This document shows, one piece after another, positions 20,201-26,369 of a DNA stretch of 62,256 bases. This stretch comes from a virus. Numbering within the stretch: position 1 is the first letter of the stretch; every line of letters begins with the position of its first letter. The translations under genes and the position numbers were made by a program. The stretch lies in UHGV virus genome UHGV-0344594; one strand, given 5' to 3'. The notes under the pieces are model-generated. The model made no database searches. It saw only the letters and a list, made by a program, of their open reading frames with translations, and was not told the origin of the DNA.

Positions 20201-22972
20201 TTCATGCGTGCCGGTGATGCCTTTTTTCTGCAGGTACTCGTTCGCCTTCCGCTCGGTACCGAACCATTTCTGACTGCCGTCTTTGTTCAGTGTAGGGTCG
20301 GCGTTGGCGGATCCAGATACAGGAAGAACATCAGATTGGCGACTGGTGCCAGACTCTGAGGCAACGGGTGCCACTCGGTCGAGCTGTGCAGCACTTCCGC
20401 TTTCATCTGATTGAACTGCTGGCGTGTTATCAGGCTGCGAGATCTGAGAAACTTCAGGCTGCGCAGCGCGCTCATCCGGTAGGTTCGTGGTTTCGGCATC
20501 GATCTCCCCCTGTACAGGTGCAGTTTTAGCGTCAATCGCCTTCTCGACCTCCCGACGGGCTTTCGTCAGGCGCTCATTCCAGCCGCCGGATGATTTGGCT
20601 TGCTGGTGCAGATATTTCAGGCGGTCGCGCAGCTCTGGCTCGGTCATTTCGCTGACGGCCTTCGGCTGGCGTGGCTGTTCTTCAATCGCCTGCTCTACCG
20701 GGATTTGCTGCTGTACCGGCTCATTCACCGCCTGCGCCGGTTGCTGCTGCGCAACGTCGGCAGCGGCATCCGGGCGTACTACTTCATGCGGGCCAAACTC
20801 CAAAATTTCACCGTGTTCATCGACAACAACGGCGTTTCCGTCACGATACCCTTGAACTACAGCCGGGAAGCTATCATTAGGGTCATCCGCAGGGTGAACC
20901 ATCGTTTCTGAGCCAACCGGCCCCATGAACTCATCAGGCGTGTGGTTCTCGGCGGCAGCGGTGTTTTGCTCCGCCTGTGCGGCAACATCGGTTACAACCT
21001 GTTGAGTTCCGTTCTGAACCGCACGCCCAAGCGGGCCAGAGGGCTGTTTCTCCTGTGGCTGCTCGGTTTGTACAGGTTGTTCCGGCTGCGTACCCTGCGT
21101 AGGTTCTTCAGCAGTCGCGTCAGGCTGAGCTGCGGTTTCCTCTGCTGGCTGAGTTTCCGTCTGTGCCGACTGATTGCCTCTTACTCGGTCGTAAATGGCT
21201 CGACCAGCCTGCATGGTTCCGCCCTGAATCCCGCTTACCAGCGCGGTTTGAATCGCCTGCTGGCGGAAGGCATCCGCAACGCTCATTTTTTCGTTGGACA
21301 GGCCTACATCACGCTCGGCCTCGTTCTGCCCCAGCGTTGTCGCAGTCTCAGTTACCTGCTCGGCAATCTGCTCTTTACCCAGTCGCTTTGCCGCATCGGC
21401 TATGCGTGCGGCTCTGGTAGCGCCAGCCAGAGGGTGAGAAATCATCTTCAGAGCGATAACGTTAGATAGCGCTTCTGGGATCGCTTCCCATGCACCGTAC
21501 TTCATAGCGGCCGCTTCAGACGTGTCTTTCAGCGTGTCCCACTCTTTTTCCGTTAGCTTGCTACCCTTTTCCGTCTCGGCCTTTTTCTTCACGTCATCAA
21601 GGAACTGGTCTTTACTGGCGCGGTAAGCGATTGTTCCGGATGTGGCAAAACCAGCGGCAGTGCCGACGCCGGGAGAGACTACGTTACCGGCAGCGCCTGC
21701 AGCGATACTCGGAACCATATTCGATAGCGAGAAGCCAAGAGACTGATCGATACCGTTCAGTGATTGATAGTTAGGATCCTGGTACTTCTCCTGCGGCACG
21801 TCAGTAGCGGAAATAGCCCGATCCATCATCGTGCTGCCATCGGCGCTAATGTCACCACCACGAACAGCGCGAAGCGTGGCATTAGCCACTGCTGAAGGAA
21901 CGTTGGGAAGCTGTTTTCCAACAATTTCCGCGCCTTCTGCCAGCGCCTGAATAGGTGCTCGGCCTTCCGGGTTCCACATTGGACGTGCGCCACCCATCGA
22001 TTTATAGACTTCCTCGACAGAGACGCCTTCACGATTGGCAATATCGCGCGCAATCATTTCGATAGTTGCGGCATCTTTATTTCCAGGGATGAGGCCTTTA
22101 ATTCGCTCCCAAAGCGTCGGCTCCCACGGTTTAAGCTCTGCCTGCCGTTTTTCTGGCTGCTGCTGGCTCTGCTGCGCCGTCACCGCCTGGCCTGGCTGCA
22201 CCAAGTCAGGGATATTAATTTCGATAGGCTTGCCGCTCTGCATAGCCTGTTGCTGCATTTCCGGTGTGATGTGCTGCGACAGCTGCTGCATTTCCTCGTC
22301 GGTGAGAGGGCGGTAGCGGCCTGGCTCTTCCTTGTTCATCTCATCGAGAAGTGCCTGGGTGCGCTGGCGCGTCTGCTCCAGGTTCTCCATTGCGCTCTGC
22401 GCTGGCGGGTAATCCTGCGCGATCTGCTCCATGCGAGTTTGTGGCTGGTCCTGCTGCTGTGTCGGCTGACCGGCGGCGATGGTCTGGCCGTTGCCCAGGA
22501 ACTTCTCGGCGCGGCCTAAAACGTCTTTGCCGTACTGCGCTGTTTTCGGCCCCCACTGTTTGCGGTCATCACCACCAAAGTGCGCCTGTACTGCCTCCTG
22601 CATCGAGTAGCCTTTATCCAGGCGCTCACGCAGCTGGCGCGCAGCGGCATCGATGGACTGCACAGGATCGTAAGGGTTGATGCCCATACGCGAGGCGGTG
22701 TCATCGATGTACTGCATCAGGCCTTTAGCGCGGCCATATTTGGTAGGCACGCCGATGGCGGTGGGGTTGAAAGAAGACTCCTGCTCTGCCAGGCCCATCA
22801 GGACGTTAAACGGCACGCCGTATTTTTGGGATGCAGAGAGAAATTCAGCCTGGAACGGCACCGCGCCGCCGGTGTTGACGGTTTGCGCCTGCGGGCGCTG
22901 CGCCCAGTCAGGCAGGCCATAAGACGGCTGCTGGACAAGATCCAGCTCAGACGGCAAAGAGTTTTTAGCCAC
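11294..22972 (-). CDS. giant polyvalent internal/ejection protein (3892 aa): SLT - Q-rich linker - SNF2/DExH helicase - N6A DNA methyltransferase - ART-like - zincin HExxH - coiled coil - hydrophobic C-terminus
   Basis: One uninterrupted ORF with a GTG start after GAGGAAAT. It is the last gene of the internal-protein block, the position T7 gp16 occupies. The domains were recognised from motifs, listed separately below. Confidence 0.85.
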   Translation of the reverse strand: MAKNSLPSELDLVQQPSYGLPDWAQRPQAQTVNTGGAVPFQAEFLSASQKYGVPFNVLMGLAEQESSFNPTAIGVPTKYGRAKGLMQYIDDTASRMGINPYDPVQSIDAAARQLRERLDKGYSMQEAVQAHFGGDDRKQWGPKTAQYGKDVLGRAEKFLGNGQTIAAGQPTQQQDQPQTRMEQIAQDYPPAQSAMENLEQTRQRTQALLDEMNKEEPGRYRPLTDEEMQQLSQHITPEMQQQAMQSGKPIEINIPDLVQPGQAVTAQQSQQQPEKRQAELKPWEPTLWERIKGLIPGNKDAATIEMIARDIANREGVSVEEVYKSMGGARPMWNPEGRAPIQALAEGAEIVGKQLPNVPSAVANATLRAVRGGDISADGSTMMDRAISATDVPQEKYQDPNYQSLNGIDQSLGFSLSNMVPSIAAGAAGNVVSPGVGTAAGFATSGTIAYRASKDQFLDDVKKKAETEKGSKLTEKEWDTLKDTSEAAAMKYGAWEAIPEALSNVIALKMISHPLAGATRAARIADAAKRLGKEQIAEQVTETATTLGQNEAERDVGLSNEKMSVADAFRQQAIQTALVSGIQGGTMQAGRAIYDRVRGNQSAQTETQPAEETAAQPDATAEEPTQGTQPEQPVQTEQPQEKQPSGPLGRAVQNGTQQVVTDVAAQAEQNTAAAENHTPDEFMGPVGSETMVHPADDPNDSFPAVVQGYRDGNAVVVDEHGEILEFGPHEVVRPDAAADVAQQQPAQAVNEPVQQQIPVEQAIEEQPRQPKAVSEMTEPELRDRLKYLHQQAKSSGGWNERLTKARREVEKAIDAKTAPVQGEIDAETTNLPDERAAQPEVSQISQPDNTPAVQSDESGSAAQLDRVAPVASESGTSRQSDVLPVSGSANADPTLNKDGSQKWFGTERKANEYLQKKGITGTHEIRLVDRRFEIHAKGEGVNQATETVNQTAENVKPAAESVKGKNGPRYNRVKKLLGAEEGDIVTPQEDIGYTTAGRQYRIDQIEKNGIVHLTNLETNGGTTVSLGELERAKSRKSGFNRVEAVAETAPAAQEKQQKVGRPPLDVDAMPLLEEHRDDPLIQRFVELSDRVDRAEKDSDPSTWSPEEKRAYESGSYEEFSRLRGYTESEIADFNEFVKLAGEIDAKYGENTAGGIDDLISRQFEDRAPETAKAEPKTANFRKNENSSTENVRENADSSTRTTIRDTAGKQYEHRGEPLPKKGLATANIGSNGAVYVNKPSGVHFQLSEKYPVSERGEWQREGFVTPDGQFLDRTQALAWVNQNEGEIKPSDNMSNQLDAVDYREQAGKRPVKNDSSEYGASNKLVSQDRAAELRKKLKAKFSQLNSGLDPEILAIGTELAVFHLEAGVRKFADFARTMASDLDVPINRLRPYLRSWYNGGRDMMEDSNISIEGMDSPDTVRAELAKLDDNEATAAQPKAEASEPKSSDDSDKQPRYQLFNQATGGGSNAEFMSWVSDMKSEYTRARGIDNSVPGGATINDQADFTNFIREKVNAERKQQSRPTGAMDDMVSQFDNEVTPNVSGIRTGMEPDSRNAADAVSGNENPVLDGSGRNNRSDEQPGQRAEQERSVGQRDQRVSADGAASRREPGNQPVHQPNGQFVAEGRDAGNSERSGSRGNSQAGSPVEQQRRRAIADNAHAAGAGDLDRRLKAQKAAKGAPTAWADKASIDAALPLLLPEQRGDVLKIEQRHQVATGVLSTNGTGTGKTATGLGAAKRFYNAGKKNIAIVVPTDKVASDWVKFAGMMDMPLRQLSGIDDAGSGPIVTTYANFGQNDALYSRQWDLIIPDESHYLSSNANGDSTAALDKLRGLTGHPDGFQHWLIGNNKELSDQLNEQRAILNKMNSAQAGYQAQEQKVNRLTEQWRAIEQPARREWQQRWTEQRDLPKVVFLSATPFAYVKNTDYAEGYLFHHTPPEDRYTENSTGGYNSANDRERFYMEHFGYRMRYNKLTQPEAGVNTELMEQNFNQWLKDTGALFGRRLDVPFDYDRRFQLIDDAAGKKLDDALRFLNEAENGIYRPIYDEVMRTFDYQRRMFLLESMKARAAVPVIREHLKLGRKVVVFHDYNQGGGFSPFAEALKEMKDLDMRSTASELFQRPMFRINFSGLDSAINTIRKAFPNVLLFNGTVSKGKRRQNADFFNADNSGKNLILVQSDAGREGVSLHDTTGKHQRVEINLGMPVRPVAATQIEGRIYRTGQASDAIFRYMTTGTSWEASTFASKIAERAATAENLALGEEARGLKQSFIDAYNEAEPMQASREDGKGGKERDQALSQNITPFDKAKTFYWAQQKNTKRRDQREGQDYFATPEPVGLKMVEWANIKPGDKVLEPSAGHGAIARFFPAQSDVTMVEPSYDLSQRAALANGTARIINGRFEDLSRANKFDAIVMNPPFGTGGKTAYEHLAKAAKHLRQGGRLVALVPRGGISERRFDQFFGGDEAKGLDLVARIKMPWVTFERAGTKVATEVLVFERHDKSDGSIIPVRPDLSSAQTINELFDRIEGLTLPERQPLTADEAIANAADGTMYSVPGEVVSHQTDTPAFKRWFEGSKVVDENGNPQVMYHGTPEDFTVFNTADRLADGSARNPMNDNIGAFFTSDRPDAEDFSARNASSSAASNIHDVYLAIKNPLVFEDQAEFRSYLRKNSREDMEKAGYDGVIINDVYEEDRAYEFDPDSDEYLNGPKTRWTIAFSPEQVKSASRNNGNFDSSNPDIRFSIAAARESLTEGSIGSAAKELLDAGRLELHSAPPAPEYAAAGGWIDPDGKIHLALYNLRPEDVQPTLMHELFHAGMRNIGGDRRWVNLMDRLGQYYRAAQNSGAKNEWTAAVERIQNAQRQGDRMNDAARDHVIEELGAYAVENFEKMPAGIRKWAESIIGAVKNYLQQTFGLQLGKVTPGQLRALAAGAIRNQKAPATSTAFSTPESSQPPKAAEKQSWFNQRWDEVADLPDNMLKTVMPALLRFTPGRFILKRVGKDIPALGRYADVKLQMDTLRDEWHAKTDQESQKWLKYRVSKPQENAELMGLMHDSTLAQVDPSKDFQSILNAIDLTALREKKRGDPAWDEANQKAQDDAKRKEEHGKLRERYNALSPEGKQIYNRVRDLYSRLADAQEQAIIDNMEKAMDIRSRQVRRKFEDEMQRITDEGLKGKDKEDAIAAAKKALNNGLRKDAWNRRARINQLRSEFESNRLAGPYFPLARFGDFFVTARKKGSGEVVSFSRTETAFAQTRLRKQLEKEGYDVETGIVSKSNDLRKQVPADFVARIEDLLKGIEGTQQTQDQVWQLYLQTMPDYSLRKSRIHRKGRAGFEEDALRAFASHMFHGSHQLARMKYSMELGDLIDQAEREAKRTRSPVRSGLVVEQARMNHDYVMNPTSNRISQVATQGAFMWYLAQSPAAALVNMSQTFIVAPAKLAAFYDKGAAAGIPVALGYLNRAMFDLGMGRTFAEKSARVTPEEKRAVSEAYRMGLITRTQSHDVAGIGDSGVKYSPIRAKLMAALSFMFHHTERINREATFLAAYRMAKKRGLDPKNAIRKAADLTWDSHYDYQNSSRPAIMHSNTGKALLVFRNYSLNMLADLAYTAYEMVNPRNKQERREARTQMLGLGATLAFNAGIRGLPLYGLLMAIAGMFSDDGEDPEVELKKTMLQHFPKQMVGIMMDGVPGYLSGVELSGRIGFGDLWFRSDDMDREGDAQFLYWLQQVLGASAGIPYNWYRGVSQINDGYTWRGIETMVPKAIKDPMKAWRYYNEGVSTKNGDPIVDDVGGWNIFKQAMGFTPAKVTEQYKMNSYNMNKQKAITEERSKLLGDFYKAWKAGDEKKVDQITDKMRAYSEKYPEMRIDGDAVRSSLTRREKYRGSALGGMNYNQKLVPRLQEEQPGTVYR
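14273..14665 (-). other. domain: zincin-like metallopeptidase
   Basis: HELFH (HExxH) coded at 14561-14575, with a downstream EEL as possible third ligand. Confidence 0.5.
14858..15265 (-). other. domain: ADP-ribosyltransferase-like (H-Y-E-type signature)
   Basis: YHGT then ~30 aa then IGAFFTSD then ~70 aa then YEEDRAYEF. The pattern echoes diphtheria-toxin H21/Y54/E148. The call is tentative. Confidence 0.4.
15623..16030 (-). other. domain: N6-adenine DNA methyltransferase (gamma-type order I then IV)
   Basis: Motif I VLEPSAGHGAI and motif IV NPPF (coding 15743-15754). Confidence 0.75.
16268..16795 (-). other. domain: SF2 helicase C-terminal
   Basis: Motif IV VVVFHDY, motif V ILVQSDAGREGVSLHD, motif VI QIEGRIYRTGQ. 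Confidence 0.7.
17183..17875 (-). other. domain: SF2 helicase ATP-binding (DExH/SNF2-like)
   Basis: Walker A GTGTGKT (coding 17793-17813), Ia IVVPT, II DESH, III SATP. Confidence 0.75.
22493..22870 (-). other. domain: lytic transglycosylase (SLT)
   Basis: aa ~35-160: ..MGLAEQESSFNPTAIG..AKGLMQY.., the catalytic Glu-Ser region of family-1 LTs. Confidence 0.75.
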
Positions 22973-22996
22973 TATATTTCCTCGGAGAATTGGCCG

Positions 22997-24181
22997 TCAC
23001 TTGACGGGGATCATTACCGGTTTGCCGGTTTTGGTGTCGTAGCCCAGCGCCATACGCGGCTGCACACCCTGCGTTTGCTGGCCCTGCTGATTCTGCGGCG
23101 TCAGCCCTGCCCCCTGGCCGTAATAACCATCGGCGGCCTGATCGCGGGCCTGCAGCTCCTTCACCGCGCGTTCGGTCTTCTCGGACGCGTTCAGCTTCTG
23201 CCAGTCCTTATCGAGAACGTCTTTATCCTTCTCGGTAATGTAGGTGTCGATGCGCTTCACAATCGGCACGCCCTGGTTTTCCAGGCCGACCATCTGCGGA
23301 GCCAGCGATTTAATGCGGTCTTCGGATACGCCGCGCGAGCGCAGGTATTCTTCTTTCGCCTTCGCGTCGGTCACAACCTTGCTGCTTCCGCCGTTCCGGT
23401 TTTTCTCCGCCTCTTCAGCGCGGCGCAGCTGCGACTGGTTCGCCTGGGATTCCAGCGTATAACCCTGCTGAAGTCCCATTTTGGCTACATCGCGGTTCCA
23501 GGCGCGATCCTCTTTCTGCGCTTCAGCCTTAGCTTTCGTGCTGGCGGCGATCTGCTGGGTCGCGTAATCAAAGACGTTTTTCGGGTCAGTGAACGGCAAG
23601 ACCGTGCGATACGCATCTTCCAGGGTTTTGAAATTATGCGTCGTGGTTTCGCCGGTCGCGTCGTTTTTCAGGGTGATATCCATCCCTGCGGCATTGCCGT
23701 CTTTGTCGCGTGTGAGCTTCGCATTCACCGCCGACCAGCCGTTTTCGAAATATCCCGGCTGATTGAACAGCTTCACCATGCTGCCCATCGCCCCTTCAGC
23801 GTCACCCAGCTGAACGGCACGCATGAAGGAAGAGCCATACTTCAGCCCCTGCTGAACATTTTCGTTCTGCATGTAGGTGCGGAAAGCGTTGGCCTTCTCC
23901 ACGTCCCCATTTTGCAGATACTGCTGGTAATACTTCGGCACAAATTGCTCGTTGTACACCTTCGCCATGCTATCGATTGTGCCGTCAGTACCGGCCATCG
24001 CCTTCCCGGCGTCTTGCCCGATCTGGCGCAGCGCCTGCTGGTCCTGCTGCTGCTGCTCCAGGTTCTTGATCTGCATATCCTGCAGCTTTTGCCGCGATTT
24101 CGCGTTCTGAATGTTCGCATAGGTTTCTGCCCCCTGGCCGAAACCCTGCATAAATGAGCCTAACCCTCCACCGAATGCCAT
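22997..24181 (-). CDS. internal virion/ejection protein (394 aa)
   Basis: Q/N-rich coiled-coil protein in the block between tail and giant genes. Gly-rich N-terminus. Confidence 0.5.
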   Translation of the reverse strand: MAFGGGLGSFMQGFGQGAETYANIQNAKSRQKLQDMQIKNLEQQQQDQQALRQIGQDAGKAMAGTDGTIDSMAKVYNEQFVPKYYQQYLQNGDVEKANAFRTYMQNENVQQGLKYGSSFMRAVQLGDAEGAMGSMVKLFNQPGYFENGWSAVNAKLTRDKDGNAAGMDITLKNDATGETTTHNFKTLEDAYRTVLPFTDPKNVFDYATQQIAASTKAKAEAQKEDRAWNRDVAKMGLQQGYTLESQANQSQLRRAEEAEKNRNGGSSKVVTDAKAKEEYLRSRGVSEDRIKSLAPQMVGLENQGVPIVKRIDTYITEKDKDVLDKDWQKLNASEKTERAVKELQARDQAADGYYGQGAGLTPQNQQGQQTQGVQPRMALGYDTKTGKPVMIPVK

Positions 24182-24444
24182 CAGCTGTTACCCCCGAACA
24201 AAGATTTGACGAATGCCCATGAGTTGTCAGCCTGCGGCTGCGCTGGCTGCTGCGGTGATAATCCCGCTCCCTGGGCTGGCTGCTGTGCGGGCTGCTGTGG
24301 TGCCTGCGCTTGAGGCTGCTGGGTGCCCGGCTGGCTAGTGGCAACCTTATCCAGCATATCGTTTTGCTTCTGCATGTTTTGCATGTTTTTCATGCTCTGC
24401 ATGCCACCAGCGGCACCCTGAAGAAACGAACCTAATCCGGCCAT
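24181..24444 (-). CDS. small Gln/Pro-rich protein (87 aa)
   Basis: Translationally coupled ORF (ATGA overlaps). Confidence 0.4.
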   Translation of the reverse strand: MAGLGSFLQGAAGGMQSMKNMQNMQKQNDMLDKVATSQPGTQQPQAQAPQQPAQQPAQGAGLSPQQPAQPQADNSWAFVKSLFGGNS

Positions 24445-25694
24445 TACGCGGCCTCCTTCTTACGTTGTGGAAGCCCACGGCCTTTCGCCAGCGCATCGAC
24501 TTTCTTATCGAGCTGCTGCACCGCGCCCATAGTGACGCCGACCGCATCCATGAGGTTGATCATCTTGCCGTTGCCCTTGCCGGTCGCGGCCTGGAAATCC
24601 TCGGCGTATGGCCCGATGTGCTCACCACCGTCCGCGATGCCGTCTTTGTACTTCCATTCGCCAACCGGCATGCGGCGCACTGCTTCAAGCGATCCCGTAG
24701 CCGGTCGCTTGTCCTCTTTGAATTCCTTCGAAGAAAACGCCATGAGGCCCATTCCCGCCAGCGAACCCAGGCCGCCCCACAAGCTATTAGATTGCTGCTG
24801 GTTAGCCTGCCAGGCGTTGAGCTGGTTCTGGTACTGCTGGTTCAGTGTGTTGGCCTGATTGCCGTATCCGGTCATCGCAGCCTGGTAGCCCTGGCCCATG
24901 ATACTGGACAGGCCAGCGGCCTGCGCATTGTTACCGGCGGTGGTCTGCATCGCGGCGGATCCGGCGCTGGTGGATAGCCCCAGCGACGACGCCGGGTTAA
25001 CAGCCAGACCTTTACCCATGTTGACGGCATCAGCCTGCAGTGACAGCGCCTGATTACGCACCGTGTTACGGGCGTTGTTTTCGGCACCGGCAGCGGCCAG
25101 CGCGGTAGCATTCTCGCCGGAACGCTCAACACCGGCATAGCGGCCGCTGGTAGGGTCAACACCCATCGACGCCATATTACGCTCGGTAGCCTGGCGCTGC
25201 TGAGAGGCATTATTCAGCACATCGGCTTTTGCTTCTGCCGCCTGCTGCGCCTGCCGTTCGGCGCTATCCCAGTTTTGCGCCTTGTCGATGAACTGATCTT
25301 CGAGCGGCTTGAACGTGTTGTTGTAGCGGTCGCGGTCTTCCGTCGCCCACTGCTGCGCCTGCTTACTGGCATCGAGCTGCTGCTGCGTGACCTGGTTCGC
25401 GAGTACGTCCTGCTCTTTCTGGCGCTCGTTCGATACCTTGAACTGTTCCTGTGCGAAGTTAAGCCAGCTCTCGCCCAGCTCGGCCTGCTTCATGGCGGCC
25501 TTGCCGATGTTCGGATCCGGCGACGGCGCGCTGCTGCCGCCTTTTTTGAACATCAGCAGCTTTTCCCACGGCTTCTCTTCCGGCTTCTTCTCCGGTTCCT
25601 GGTCGCCAGGAGAGATAAACGCATAGGCCAGCTGCGGCTGCATAAACATAGCGACAGCAATCAGCAGGGTCAGGATATAGGGGATCTCGTTCAT
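24444..25694 (-). CDS. internal protein with N-terminal signal/TM and C-terminal S74-type intramolecular chaperone domain
   Basis: C-terminus ..SSKEFKEDKRPATGSLEAVRRMPVGEWKYKDG..GEHIGPYAEDF..MINLMDAVGVTMGAVQQL matches the S-x-[RK]-x-K-x-[ND]-I..AL..I..L..V.Y.[YW]K CIMCD pattern. It is preceded by a Q/N-rich fibre-like region. Confidence 0.55.
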   Translation of the reverse strand: MNEIPYILTLLIAVAMFMQPQLAYAFISPGDQEPEKKPEEKPWEKLLMFKKGGSSAPSPDPNIGKAAMKQAELGESWLNFAQEQFKVSNERQKEQDVLANQVTQQQLDASKQAQQWATEDRDRYNNTFKPLEDQFIDKAQNWDSAERQAQQAAEAKADVLNNASQQRQATERNMASMGVDPTSGRYAGVERSGENATALAAAGAENNARNTVRNQALSLQADAVNMGKGLAVNPASSLGLSTSAGSAAMQTTAGNNAQAAGLSSIMGQGYQAAMTGYGNQANTLNQQYQNQLNAWQANQQQSNSLWGGLGSLAGMGLMAFSSKEFKEDKRPATGSLEAVRRMPVGEWKYKDGIADGGEHIGPYAEDFQAATGKGNGKMINLMDAVGVTMGAVQQLDKKVDALAKGRGLPQRKKEAA

Positions 25695-25697
25695 GGT

Positions 25698-26125
25698 TCA
25701 TTTCCTGTACATTTCCGGTATGAAACGGCAGTTTTCCCGCAGCATGCCCAGCACGATAAGGTCGTCATCGGGCAGTGCGTGGCGGATAAAGCCTTCCCGC
25801 TCAAAGCCCAGGTGCAGATCGAAGCGGAGAGCGGCGGCGTTCTTTGCGGGCACCAGGCCAGTTACCCGGCGCATGCCCCACTGTACGAAAGGGTGTGAAA
25901 AGCTCGCGCAGAGGAAAGCGCGTGAAAGCCAGTTTGGCCCGCCATCACTGGCGATATGCATGTTGCAGTCACACTCTGAAAAGCCGTCATAGAGGGTGAC
26001 AGCGCGCAATTTGCCGTCAGTTTCCCAGCCGATAGCCTTCACATCGGCACGCGGCTGGAAGTGGATTATCTCGCTGGCCCAGCTGACCAGCTCGGCATCC
26101 CGGCCATAGATGATGTTTGCCATAC
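25698..26125 (-). CDS. hypothetical protein, possible GNAT-like acetyltransferase fold (142 aa)
   Basis: ATG 26125 after AAGGGCAACGGGG. The acetyltransferase guess is weak and rests on hydrophobic/Gly patterning only. Confidence 0.3.
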
Positions 26126-26218
26126 GTTTGCCCCGTTGCCCTTTTAGCAACATGATAGACAAAAGGGCAACGCACGACCATTACCAAGTTTACGGATTCT
26201 GCGCTGCGAGTAACGATT

Positions 26219-26369
26219 TTACCTGTTTTTCCAGCTGTTCGATGCGACGCAGGGCGGCGTCCATCTCCTCCGCGCGGACGGCGCGCTTCGGCCTGGCCTT
26301 GTCTCCACGCGAGCCGTCGAGCACTTCAACCTTTTCTTTGACCTTTTGCCATTCGCTATCGCTAACCAT
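26219..26369 (-). CDS. small hypothetical protein (~50 aa)
   Basis: ORF below the track threshold, MVSDSEWQKVKEKVEVL.., whose start overlaps the upstream stop (TAATG). Confidence 0.3.

Noticed and set aside
11282-24157. Very long + strand ORFs (839, 488, 525, 261, 203 aa and others) overlapping the giant minus-strand gene and its neighbours.
   Set aside because: They are antisense to a strongly supported motif-rich CDS, low-complexity (Arg/Leu/Val-rich), without RBSs or recognisable domains. This is typical of stop-poor antisense frames in high-GC DNA.
25698-26162. Confident GNAT acetyltransferase call for the 142-aa protein.
   Set aside because: Only vague fold-level resemblance and no clear acetyl-CoA-binding Q/R-x-x-G-x-G/A motif, so it is kept as a low-confidence hypothetical.
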